From: Spirochaetia bacterium | GTDB taxonomy: Bacteria; Spirochaetota; Spirochaetia; CADAEX01 | Direction: 5' to 3' | Assembly (NCBI GenBank): GCA_963662265.2 | Contig: CAXXHA010000010.1 | Location: 311,518 to 375,517 of the forward strand | DNA: 64,000 nucleotides | Shown here: positions 1-9,847 of the stretch, piece by piece | How positions within the stretch are numbered: the stretch's first letter is position 1 | Layout: the number at the start of each line of letters is the position of its first letter | Notes under the pieces: model-generated | Databases searched by the model: none | Seen by the model: the letters and a program-made list of their open reading frames with translations, nothing else | What the model was told of the DNA's origin: nothing | Position numbers and translations under genes: made by a program

Positions 1-140
1 CCCTTGCACAGGATATGGATTCTTCTGTTGTTTTCGGCATGCCGAAGGTGGCAATTGAAAACAACAATATTGATAAAGTCGTATCGCTCGAAGATATGGC
101 AAAGACTCTTAATGAAATAATCAGACAGAATAATAATTAA
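1..140 (+). CDS. cheB: Chemotaxis methylesterase CheB, C-terminal fragment (gene starts before the window)
   Basis: Frame starting at base 3 reads LAQDMDSSVVFGMPKVAIENNNIDKVVSLEDMAKTL...TAA(138-140); AQDxxSSVVFGMP is the CheB C-terminal motif. Not in the ORF track. Confidence 0.85.
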   Translation, partial: LAQDMDSSVVFGMPKVAIENNNIDKVVSLEDMAKTLNEIIRQNNN

Positions 141-150
141 GGATTTCACA

Positions 151-927
151 ATGGGATGGTACGGTAAATTTATCGGTGGAGCCATAGGCTTCACTTTTCT
201 GGGAGGCCCGTTCGGAGCTATACTCGGCGCCGCAATTGGTCACAGTTTTGACAAGAGAGCTGAAGGGCAGGGAAGCTACAACAGCGGAGGAAGGACTTCT
301 GCCGGTGCAGGCTTCACTGCAACAGATCAGGCGCAGATGACTTTTTTTGTGGCAACATTTTCCATGCTCGGAAAACTTGCAAAGGCGGACGGCCATGTAT
401 CACAGGAGGAGATAAACACAATTGACCGTTTCATGACTTCAACACTTAGACTCGGAAACCAGGAAAAAAGCTTTGCAATGAGAATAGTAAATACGGCGGC
501 AAATTCTTCAGAATCTTTCGAGAAATTCGCCCATCAGTTTTATTCAGCATTCAGGGGACAGCCACAGCTTATCAACACGATGATGGATATACTGCTGCAG
601 GTTTCTATCGCAGATAAAGTACTGAGCCCGGAAGAGGAAAAACTGATAAACCAGGCAGCTTCAATCTTCAATATAAGCAGCACAACACTTGAAAACATGA
701 AAGCCCGCTATTTCAGCAGCACAGACAAGTATTATTCAGTACTCGGCTGCAGAAGAAGCGATTCCACAGATACTATAAAAAGCACATACAAGAGACTTGT
801 AAAGGAATATCACCCCGACATCATTGCTTCAAAAGGTCTTCCCGAGGAATTTACAAAATTTTCAGCAGAGAAATTCAGGGAAATAAATACAGCCTATGAA
901 AAAATCAGGGAGGAAAGAAATTTCTGA
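151..927 (+). CDS. djlA: DjlA-like co-chaperone (N-terminal membrane anchor, TerB-like domain, C-terminal J domain)
   Basis: MGWYGKFIGG..GGPFGAILG anchor, LAKADGHVS TerB motif, C-terminal YYSVLG...EYHPD J domain. Confidence 0.85.
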   Translation: MGWYGKFIGGAIGFTFLGGPFGAILGAAIGHSFDKRAEGQGSYNSGGRTSAGAGFTATDQAQMTFFVATFSMLGKLAKADGHVSQEEINTIDRFMTSTLRLGNQEKSFAMRIVNTAANSSESFEKFAHQFYSAFRGQPQLINTMMDILLQVSIADKVLSPEEEKLINQAASIFNISSTTLENMKARYFSSTDKYYSVLGCRRSDSTDTIKSTYKRLVKEYHPDIIASKGLPEEFTKFSAEKFREINTAYEKIREERNF

Positions 928-1495
928 CATCAAGCTTGCTGTTTTCCCGGGCAACCCGGGAAACAAATATGCAATGACCCGCCACAACCTTGCATGGCTC
1001 CTCCTGGACAATTCTTCGCAATATAAAAATCCTGTATGGCAGAAAAAATTCAAGGGTGTTTACTCAAAGGAAATTTTCACTCAAGGCTGCATTGCGCTGA
1101 AACCTGAAACATTTATGAATAAAACAGGGGAATCTGTAAGGGCGGCAGCAGACTTCTTCAAACTGAAGGCTGAAAATATAATTGTCTGTCACGATGATAT
1201 AGAACTTGAATTCGGGGAAGCTTCGTTTAAAAAAGGGGGGGGAGCAGCAGGCCATAACGGGCTGAGATCTGTAAAACAGCACCTCGGGACTGATTCCTTC
1301 TACCGCTTCAGGCTCGGAGTTTCAAGGCCTTCAAGAGGAGGCGTGGATTCGCATGTTCTCGGCCGGTTCACAAAAGATGAGGAGGCAGCTCTCCCTCTTT
1401 TTCTTGATAAAGCTTCAGAGCTTCTGGCTAAGTTTATTTCAGAGAACAGTGAAGCACTCCTGAAAAAAAATAAACAGAAGCTTATTAATTTCTAG
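896..1495 (+). CDS. pth: Peptidyl-tRNA hydrolase (start uncertain; overlaps djlA)
   Basis: GNPG..Y..TRHN, KPETFMN..G, HDDIE, GGAAGHNGLRS, RFRLGV motifs. Confidence 0.92.
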   Translation: MKKSGRKEISDIKLAVFPGNPGNKYAMTRHNLAWLLLDNSSQYKNPVWQKKFKGVYSKEIFTQGCIALKPETFMNKTGESVRAAADFFKLKAENIIVCHDDIELEFGEASFKKGGGAAGHNGLRSVKQHLGTDSFYRFRLGVSRPSRGGVDSHVLGRFTKDEEAALPLFLDKASELLAKFISENSEALLKKNKQKLINF

Positions 1496-1663
1496 ACAGT
1501 TAATCCCTACTCAGACTTCAACGGCAATTTACCGCCCCTCCTCATGATGAATTCCGGGAATAATTTGTTTTTATTCACCAAAAGGGTCCCGTCTTCCGCA
1601 GCCTGCAGCAAGCTGCTGATATTTGCTTCAGTAAAAAAGCTTAAAAAGGCCCGGCCACAACTA

Positions 1664-2827
1664 TCACACCTTCCTCACAATGAAAATAACAGCAAGCAGC
1701 AGCGGAATTGCAGCTGCCCCAACCCAGAACAAGCCGGCCCCTGAGTAAACAGCAAAACCGATAAGAGGCCCGGCTGCCGTACCGCAGTCATTGAATGTTG
1801 TAAACCGGCTCATGAAAATCGCCTGCCTGTCTTTCGGAGCCCTGTCTCCAGCATAGGAATAGATAATAATCCCGTTGGCACATGAAATAATAAAGTGCGC
1901 CAGAATAAGTGCCAGAAGCACATACCACAGCTCAACAGTTATAAAAAAGTAAATTACAACAATCTCGGAGAGTATAAAAAATACAAGAGCCTTCTTCCGC
2001 CCTGTCCTGTCGCATATCCACCCTATCAGCGGAGCTATGAATGTAATAAAATGCCTTGACCCGACAAGTATCCCGGTAAGGGAGGCTGCCCCGAGAGTAA
2101 CAGGGAGAGAGGGGACAATCCTGTCCACAACAATACGCCCTGTAAGATTTGTAAGCATCTGGTCCACAAGAACTATCATGAAAACAGATAATCCGAGAAA
2201 AACAAGAGTCCTGACATCTTTCCGGTTATCAAGACTGCTTCCTGCATCGCCGGCCTTCCTTCCTGCTGAAAGATGCTCCTGCCCCTTCATGAAAAATGTT
2301 GATAAAAATACAATCAGGCCGAAAAGGACAAATGTCAGTTTTATTCCAATAATATCTGCAAGAATTCCGCCCAGCATAGCACCCCCGCCTGCTCCGAATC
2401 TGGTTATAGTCTGGTAGACGGCAAATATCCTGCTCCTGTTTTCTGATGTTGAGACCTTTAATGCGGAAAGATATCCCTCAATTCTCAGAAGAGAGAAACA
2501 CGCTCCCCACAGGAGCCTCGAAACAAGGATTCCGTAAAATCCCCAGGGTATGATGTAGCTGAAGGTAATGAGACATGCCAGAAGAGCCCCGAAAATCAGG
2601 GGCCGCAGTGTGGGATCATTATTGACAACTCGGCCTGCAATTTCATTTGTTATAAGACGGATAATCCTGTTCGCCGAAAGAAGAATACCGATCTGCCATA
2701 TCCTGATATTGAAAAATTCCGGGGAAGAGGGAAGTATTGTATATATCATCCCGTCACCCAGCAGAGATACAGAGACAATAAAGGATGTCAGCCAGAACCT
2801 GGTTTCATCTTTAGTTAATTTTTTCAT
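1664..2827 (-). CDS. MFS transporter
   Basis: 387 aa, about 12 hydrophobic segments, GWICDRTGRK motif A, G.AAGPLIG. Confidence 0.85.
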   Translation of the reverse strand: MKKLTKDETRFWLTSFIVSVSLLGDGMIYTILPSSPEFFNIRIWQIGILLSANRIIRLITNEIAGRVVNNDPTLRPLIFGALLACLITFSYIIPWGFYGILVSRLLWGACFSLLRIEGYLSALKVSTSENRSRIFAVYQTITRFGAGGGAMLGGILADIIGIKLTFVLFGLIVFLSTFFMKGQEHLSAGRKAGDAGSSLDNRKDVRTLVFLGLSVFMIVLVDQMLTNLTGRIVVDRIVPSLPVTLGAASLTGILVGSRHFITFIAPLIGWICDRTGRKKALVFFILSEIVVIYFFITVELWYVLLALILAHFIISCANGIIIYSYAGDRAPKDRQAIFMSRFTTFNDCGTAAGPLIGFAVYSGAGLFWVGAAAIPLLLAVIFIVRKV

Positions 2828-2875
2828 ATTATTTCCGGTTATTTTCCTGTAGCCTGAATGATATGCCTGCAGACT

Positions 2876-3463
2876 TTATACAGGCAGTCTGTGCTGAAGA
2901 GACCGTGTAAGTGTTAATTTATCTGTATATTCAATATCACCGCCGACAGGGAGACCTGAGGCAAGCTTTGTTATTTTAATATTTTTGCCTTCAAGCTTCT
3001 GCCGGATATAGAGAGCTGTTGTATCTCCCTCTACAGAGGGATTTGTGGCAATAATGATTTCATTCACATTGTTGTCATCAATTCTTCTTATGAGTTTTCC
3101 AATATTGAGTTTTTCCGGGCCGATCCCGTTTATCGGGGAGAGAAGCCCCATAAGGACATGATAAACCCCGTTAAACGCGCCTGTTGATTCTATTACGCTG
3201 ATATCCTGCGGCATTTCCACAATACAGATAAGACTTCTGTTCCGCTGTTCATCAGAGCATACAGAACAGATATCATCTTCTGTATAGTTGCCGCAGACAG
3301 AACAGTTTTTTATCCTTTCCCGCGCCTCTTTGATGGAAGAGGAAAGCGAATCAATATAACCGAGGTCTGCCTTCAGCAGATGATATGCAATCCTTGTGGC
3401 ACTTTTTCTGCCGATTCCCGGCAGCGAGGATAAATTTTTAATCAGAATATCAAGAACTGTCAT
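2876..3463 (-). CDS. recR: Recombination mediator RecR
   Basis: LPGIGRKSATRIA, CSVC..C..C zinc finger, YHVLMG, ATNPSVEGD Toprim, GLPVGGDIEY; start placed at ATG 3463. Confidence 0.95.
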   Translation of the reverse strand: MTVLDILIKNLSSLPGIGRKSATRIAYHLLKADLGYIDSLSSSIKEARERIKNCSVCGNYTEDDICSVCSDEQRNRSLICIVEMPQDISVIESTGAFNGVYHVLMGLLSPINGIGPEKLNIGKLIRRIDDNNVNEIIIATNPSVEGDTTALYIRQKLEGKNIKITKLASGLPVGGDIEYTDKLTLTRSLQHRLPV

Positions 3464-3479
3464 TATTCTGCCCTTGAAA

Positions 3480-3809
3480 TCACCCTGTAAAACCGGGAAA
3501 TCCCGGAGGAATTCCAAGCCCGCCGGTCATCGAAGATATTTCGCTGTTAATTCTTTCCTTGACATTTGCAATAGCATCGTTGAACGCGGCAAGGACAAGA
3601 TCTTCTGTCAGTTTGCTGTTCTCAGGATCTATTGCTTCGGGAGATATTTTTATTGAGACAACCTGCATGTTTCCATTCATTTCTATACAGACCATATCGC
3701 CGCCGGCATAACCGGATGCTCTTATCTGTGAAAACTTAGCCTGCATTTCAGACATCTTACTCTGCAGCCCCTGTACATTTTTAAACAGTTCTTCCGGGTT
3801 AAAATTCAT
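3480..3809 (-). CDS. ybaB: YbaB/EbfC nucleoid-associated protein
   Basis: GYAGGDMV, EDLVLAAFNDA; classic dnaX-ybaB-recR order. Confidence 0.9.
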   Translation of the reverse strand: MNFNPEELFKNVQGLQSKMSEMQAKFSQIRASGYAGGDMVCIEMNGNMQVVSIKISPEAIDPENSKLTEDLVLAAFNDAIANVKERINSEISSMTGGLGIPPGFPGFTG

Positions 3810-5373
3810 AACTGTCATCCTTTACTATCTTTGTTTCAAGGACTTCACCCTTGAATATTTTTTTTACAAGTTCAACCTGTTCGCTGACTTCGCCGCTTTC
3901 AGAAGAATTATCCTCAGATTTCCCCTTTTCCTCAATTCTGACTTCTATTTTCAGGTTTTCTCCTGTTACCTTCTGAAGTTCTTCCGCGATTACAGTCTTT
4001 CCCCTGGTAAGGGTATCTGCTGAAAATTTATCATTGCAGAATATAATAAGTGTATCGCCCTTTTTTTCCCAGCTGCTGCTTTTTGATGCAGAGGAAGAGA
4101 GGGCAAAATCATGTTTTTTAATTTCAGAAGCTACCTGGTCCCTGTAGGCTGTATAATCCTCAGGTCCTGAGAGCTCTTCCTTCCCAGACTTGTTTTCGCT
4201 GTCAGGCTGAATACTCTTGAGGTCCAGAGTCTTCAGTTCATCTTTCAGACCCCTTATTTTTTTCAAGTATTGTCTTTTCACTGATATAGCTGGACAGTGT
4301 TGCCAGCCTGCTGATAACAAGCTCAAGCTCAAATCTCTGGTTGAGAGAATACCTGATATCCCGGTAAAGCTTCAGAAGCAGGGAAAGAGCGTATTCTATC
4401 TGTTCAGATGAAAATGCTTTTACAGCTTTCTCGGAAAAGCGGTCTGCTGGAAACCCCAGAATTCCTTCCTTTCTTATACCTGCATTTATCAGGAGAATAT
4501 TTCTGAAATACTCGGTTAGCTCGATTACAAACTGCTCAACAGAAATTCCCCTGTCCAGAATGGAATTCACATAGTTCATTGATTCTGAAACATCTGCATC
4601 GGCAAAAGTTTCAACTGTGCTGTTTATATCATCAAGACCTACAAGCCCGAGTTTCTCCTTGATTTTTTCAAGTGTGATTTCATTGTCGGAAAAAGAAGCA
4701 ACCTGGTCAAAAAGAGTATACGCATCCCGGAGAGATCCGGTTCCCTCCTTTGCTATCCAGAAAAGAGCATCGCTTTCCGCGCTTATATTGTTTTCCCCTG
4801 CAGACATCTTCAAGCAGCTGCTTGATAATCTCAAGAGAAATAAGCCTGAAGTTAAACTGCTGGCATCTTGATTTTATAGTTGCGGGAACCTTGTGAATTT
4901 CTGTAGTCGCAAAAATAAAAACAATATAGGGAGGAGGTTCTTCAATTGTCTTGAGAAGAGCATTGAAAGCGCTGTTTGACAGCATATGAACTTCATCGAT
5001 TATATATATTTTGTACCTGGAACTGTTGGGTGCAAAAAGAACTTCATCTTTTATCTCCCTCACATCATTTACAGATGTGTTTGACGCTCCGTCGATTTCT
5101 ATTACATCGAGCGAGTTTCCAGCGCTGATTTCCCTGCAGCTTGCACATTCCCCGCAGGGATTTTCCGCAGGCCATTTTTCACAATTGATTGCTTTTGCAA
5201 GAATTCTCGCAGCAGATGTTTTTCCGACACCTCTGGGACCGGAAAAAAGATATGCATGCGCTATTCTGCTGTTTAAAACTGATTTTTTCAGACTTGTAGC
5301 AACAAATTCCTGTCCTGCAAGCTGATCAAACGTAGTTGGTCTTTTTTTTGGATGCAGTTACTTCATATGCCAT
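3799..5373 (-). CDS. dnaX: DNA polymerase III gamma/tau subunit, interrupted by three apparent +1 frameshifts (~5345, ~4797, ~4260)
   Basis: Starts MAYEVTASKK(R)PTTFDQLAGQ at 5373; SGPRGVGKTS Walker A, IIDEVHML, TIKSRCQ, GSLRDA are spread over successive frames; each frame change is at a homopolymer one base too long. Confidence 0.9.
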
Positions 5374-5631
5374 GATCTGTTATTTACGGGCACCTCTAAA
5401 TTAACATTTTATAAGATATTTTCCACGGAAAAATTCCGGGATAAATGAAACAATCAGAAAAACACGGAGTGCTTCTCTTCTTTATTGAAATAATAACCTT
5501 AATTCCGCACTAAAGACAATCCCGTTTAAACAAACAATGGAAATCGGTAATAAAATAAAAAAGAATTTCTCTGTATCAGGAAAAATCCGTGCAGATTAAC
5601 AGAAAAGTTTATAAAAAGAGCAAAAAAAAAA

Positions 5632-5743
5632 CCTCCAGCTGTCAAGCTGGCTGTGTCACACTGCTCAGTCACTTACCGCTGCTACCTTCCGGTCCTGACG
5701 GGGTTGGGTGAAAAGCAATTGCACAGGGCCTGACAACTGAAGG
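5632..5743 (-). ncRNA. ffs: Signal recognition particle RNA (small bacterial SRP, 4.5S)
   Basis: Minus strand contains the conserved GTCAGGACCGGAAGGTAGCAGC motif in a long hairpin; lies upstream of dnaX as in many bacteria. Confidence 0.92.
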
Positions 5744-5747
5744 AATA

Positions 5748-5832
5748 CGGAGAGAGGGGGATTCGAACCCCCGGTACCTTGCGGTACATACGCTTTCCAA
5801 GCGCACTCCTTCGGCCTCTCGGACATCTCTCC
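5748..5832 (-). tRNA. tRNA-Ser(GGA)
   Basis: GGAGAGA acceptor, anticodon loop TT-GGA-AA, long variable arm, GGTTCGAATCC T-arm. Confidence 0.95.
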
Positions 5833-5857
5833 TATTTCAGCCACTATCAATGTGTTC

Positions 5858-5984
5858 CGGAGAGAGAGGGATTTGCCTTACAAGTCCGGACGTCCTGTCC
5901 GACCTTTTCAGGCCGCTCGGCAAGCTGGCGCCCCGGCGTCCTGCCGGTCTTACCCTTTCGGGCGCTTGCAGGAGATCAAATCCC
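5858..5984 (-). repeat. tRNA-linked structured element ending in a copy of the tRNA-Ser(CGA) 3' end
   Basis: 5858-5875 reads CAAATCCCTCTCTCTCCG on the minus strand (tRNA T-loop and acceptor 3' half); terminal inverted repeat GGGATTTG/CAAATCCC; four internal hairpins. Confidence 0.65.
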
Positions 5985-6046
5985 ACTTCAACCTCCGTAT
6001 TTAAGGCAAAAAGCATGATTGTTGCTTATCTGCCACAGATAAAAAC

Positions 6047-6133
6047 GAGAGAGAGAGGGATTTGAACCCTCGGAACTGTAAACAGCTCAACGGATTTCGA
6101 ATCCGCCCGATTCAGCCACTCTCGCATCTCTCC
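6047..6133 (-). tRNA. tRNA-Ser(CGA)
   Basis: Anticodon arm GCGGA-TTCGAAA-TCCGT, long variable arm, GGTTCAAATCC; the acceptor 3' strand appears to have one extra base. Confidence 0.9.
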
Positions 6134-6143
6134 AAGCGAAAAG

Positions 6144-6217
6144 TGTGCCCAAGAGGATTCGAACCTCCGACCTTTAGATCCGCAATCTAATGCTCTATCC
6201 AGCTGAGCTATGGGCAC
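6144..6217 (-). tRNA. tRNA-Arg(GCG)
   Basis: GTGCCCA acceptor, anticodon arm TTAGA-TTGCGGA-TCTAA, GGTTCGAATCC. Confidence 0.95.
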
Positions 6218-6335
6218 AAGTAAAAAAGTATTGCCCCGAAAAATACTGCACAGGTTAGAACCTGAATCAATACATACCTGATATCTCAAAGCAGGACGTT
6301 GTGTTAATTATATGCAGCATTTGGATAAAAAAAAA

Positions 6336-6423
6336 CGGAGAGGGAGGGATTCGAACCCTCGGTACCCGCAATGGATACAACTCCTTAGCAGGGAGCCCGA
6401 TTCAACCACTCTCGCACCTCTCC
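6336..6423 (-). tRNA. tRNA-Ser(GCT)
   Basis: Anticodon arm GCTCC-CTGCTAA-GGAGT, long variable arm. Confidence 0.95.
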
Positions 6424-6443
6424 AGTGAATCCGAAAAATTATA

Positions 6444-6528
6444 CGGAGAAGGTGGGATTCGAACCCACGGACGCTTGCACGTCAACAGTTTTCAAGACTG
6501 CCTCCTTCGACCACTCGGACACCTCTCC
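6444..6528 (-). tRNA. tRNA-Ser(TGA)
   Basis: Anticodon arm GCAGT-CTTGAAA-ACTGT, long variable arm. Confidence 0.95.
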
Positions 6529-6543
6529 ATCAATTGCCTTTGC

Positions 6544-6572
6544 AATATATATAATTATCATTTGTTTGTCAA
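6544..6572 (-). promoter_or_regulatory. Sigma70 promoter of the tRNA/SRP operon
   Basis: TTGACA-17 bp-TATATT immediately upstream of tRNA-Ser(TGA). Confidence 0.7.
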
Positions 6573-6760
6573 TAATGATAATTAATTTAAATCACCAGCC
6601 ATATTTCTGATTCTGATATCCAGTCATGATTTATTGATTATATCAGCAGAAATCAGATTTTTGCAGGAATAACTGCAAGCTTCTTCTGATTCCATCAAAC
6701 CCCGGGCTGAGATTCATAACACGGCAAAAATAATTACACATATGAAAATCAGAACAAGAA

Positions 6761-9700
6761 TCAGCATATAACAGTGTCTCTTCCATGCTCTTTGGCAATA
6801 TAGAGTTTTCTGTCAACATCAATAATCATTTTATCTGCGTAATCATAGTCTGTGTTATCTGTTGAGACAATTCCAATACTTGCTGTAAGGAATTTAGAAA
6901 CAGCGCTGCCTGAATGCACAATTTCAGCAGATACAAGCTTCTCCCTTATTTTTTCCGCAACAACAGATGCCCCTTCCAGATCTGTATCAAGAAGTAGCAG
7001 AATAAACTCCTCCCCGCCATATCTGAAAACAGTGTCTGTTTTCCTGGAAACTGCATCGCAGAGAATATCTGCGAATTTCTTCAGACACTTATCTCCCGCA
7101 ACATGCCCGTAGGTATCGTTATAAGCCTTGAAAAAATCTATATCTGCCATTAAAAGGGAAACCGGCATACCCAGCCCTTTTATGAAGGTGCCAGCCGTTC
7201 TCAATAGTTTCCCGGAAGTGATGCCTGTTGTAAACTCCTGTAAGGGGATCAATCCTTATAAGACGGTCAAGTTCGCAGTTTGCATCAATAAGTTCATTTT
7301 TCAGGCGGTTCTCTTCCCTGAGCCTTTTTACACTTTCCTTTCCCCTCACAATCATTATTATTGAATAAAAAACAGTGATTAAAGCTGTCAAATAAAGAAT
7401 ATAGGCATAAAAGCTTCTGTAAAAAGGAGGCGATATTACAATATCCATATATGGTTCATCACTGCTTATTTTGCCGCTGCTGTTTGAACCTTTAACCCTG
7501 AAAGAATATCTGCCGGGAGGAATATTGGTATAATTTGCATAATTATTATTGCCTGATGAAACCCAATTCATTATCAAATCCCTCAAGTATATATTCATAC
7601 CTGTTATTAAGCGGGGATGTATAATCGAGAGCAGCAAAATTAAAAGAAAATGAGTTGTCGCTCCAGGGAAGCTCAATTACACCGGGATTAAAGACAGTAT
7701 GTCCCCTGTCGAAAACATATTCCTTCCTGAAAACTTTAAAGCTGCTTATAACAACACGCGGATCATAATTCCGAATAAAATAAGACTCTGTATCGATTTT
7801 ATAGATAACTCCGGAAGCAGATATGTAGAAGTTGCCGTCTCCATCCTTCTCGATATCCCCTTTTAGCTCCTGATCATCCATGCCAAACTGATACGACAGG
7901 GTAAAGATCCTGTTCTCCCTCCTGTCTATAACTGAAAGCCCCTTGTTTGTCGTAACTACTATATTTCCCCGTCTGTCTTCCGATATTCCGGTAATATTAT
8001 TGCTCTGAAGACCATTTTCTTTTGTAAAATGATGAAAGTTTTCAGATTCATAATTATACCGGTTCAATCCTCCGCCTGAAGTTCCTAACCACATATCCCC
8101 GGCTGAATCTTTAAATATCTTGATTATCACATTATTGGAAATACCCTCACCCCTGTCATGATCATACAGAAAAGACCTTATTTTACCGGTTTCAATATCA
8201 TATATATTCAGCCCGAAATTTGTTCCTATCCAGATATTGCCGAATTTATCATCATTTATATCAAAAACCATCTGGTCGGTAATTCTGAAACCATCCTCTC
8301 CTTCAGGATAATAATGAACAGTGCTGCCCGATTTAACATCCCAGAGATAAACACCGTTAAGGTATGAACCAATCCAGAACCTTCCCTGTTTATCCTCAAA
8401 AATTGCATATATTATATCATTTTCCGGACTTCCGGCAGACTCATTGCCTGTCACATCAACAATCTCTTCTCCATCAAAAGAATAATGCCTGAATCCCTTT
8501 CCAGGAATATGCCGGTTAATCCCGCTGTTTGTGCCTATCCAGAGATTATCACGGCTGTCCAGAAATAATTCATTGACAGAATCATTGCTCAGGGAAAAAG
8601 GATTATTCCTGTCATGAGAAAACCTTGATAATTTATCCTTTTTACTTTCATACCTGTAAAGACCGCTGGAATAAGTACCTATCCAGAGCAGTCCCTCATC
8701 ATCAAACAACAAATCTTTCATCCGTTCATCAGGTATTGAAATACTATCTCCGCTGATACTGTAGAGAAACCTGCAATCCTTTACATCGGGATTATACTTA
8801 TTGACTCCTCCACCGTTAGTCCCGATCCAGATAAGACCGGAATCATCCTCCAGAAAGGAATATCCTATATTGTTGGAAATAGAATACTTATTACTTTTAT
8901 CAGCTTTCAGATGAATGTAATCAGCTTTAAGAAGAGAAGTGAAATCCTCAAAATAATAAATTCCCCCACCCCAGATACCGGCCCAGAAATGTCCTCTGCT
9001 GTCTTTTTTCAGGAAATAAAACCTGTTGTCGGGGAATTTAAGAGTCGTTACAGTCATTTCAGACTCATTAAATACAGAAATACCGCCATCCCAGGAAGCA
9101 ATAAGAAACCTGTTTTTATCAATTTTTTCAATATCCATTATATATTCTGAAGGAAATTCAATATCAGAACTGCTGCTTGTTCTGAAAAACCTCCCTTCAT
9201 GAAAAAATGCAAGCCCGCCGTATGTGGCAACCCAGATCCTGCCGTCATCCCCGGCATATATATCCCTTACAGAGTTGTCAGGCAGCGAAGATTCATCCCC
9301 CGCTTTGTTTACATACTCTGTAATATCTCCTTTTTCAGGGTCAAGAGAGAGAAGACCGGAAAGAGTACCGATCCATATCCGGCCGGTTCTGTCCTTCGCT
9401 ATGCTGACAATAACCCTGGAAAATTTCTTCCTGCTTTTACTCATATCAGACAGGGAATAATGCCTTATTTTTCCTGATACAGGATCCAGGGCAGACAGGC
9501 CGCCGTATGTGCCTATCCAGATAATATCTTTATCACTGTCATAATACATGGTCTGAACCAGGTTGTGCTGAAGGGAATTGTTCCTGAAAGGAAGATGCTC
9601 GTAAAGGATAAAATCCTTGCCATCATACCGGTTAAGCCCGTCCTGGGTTCCGAACCATATAAATCCCCTGTTATCCTGAACCATTGAAGAGATGCTGTTT

Positions 9701-9843
9701 CCGGAAAGCCCGTTTTCTGAAGTCAGATGCTCAAAACGGAAGCTTTCAGAAGACGCGAATACGGAAAATAAAAATGCAAAGGAAAACAGAAAGATACATT
9801 TTCTAATGAGGTGTGAACTGATGTTTGTTGAGCAGATTTTCAT
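6761..9843 (-). CDS. Membrane diguanylate cyclase with periplasmic beta-propeller (Reg_prop) and Y_Y_Y sensor, split by two apparent +1 frameshifts (~7565, ~7176)
   Basis: Repeated D..G.IWIGT..GGL propeller motifs, YTNIPPGRYSFRV (Y_Y_Y), TM helix, DPLTGVYNR, MADIDFFKAYNDTYGH, RKTD-TVFRY-GGEEF. Confidence 0.85.
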
Positions 9844-9847
9844 GAAC

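Noticed and set aside
4790-5350. Programmed frameshifting at the first two dnaX breaks
   Set aside because: They lie near codon 9-10 and inside the AAA+ region, would give no useful product, and belong to a local cluster of +1 insertions.
5665-6610. Short ORFs over the tRNA/SRP cluster
   Set aside because: They overlap clear RNA genes.
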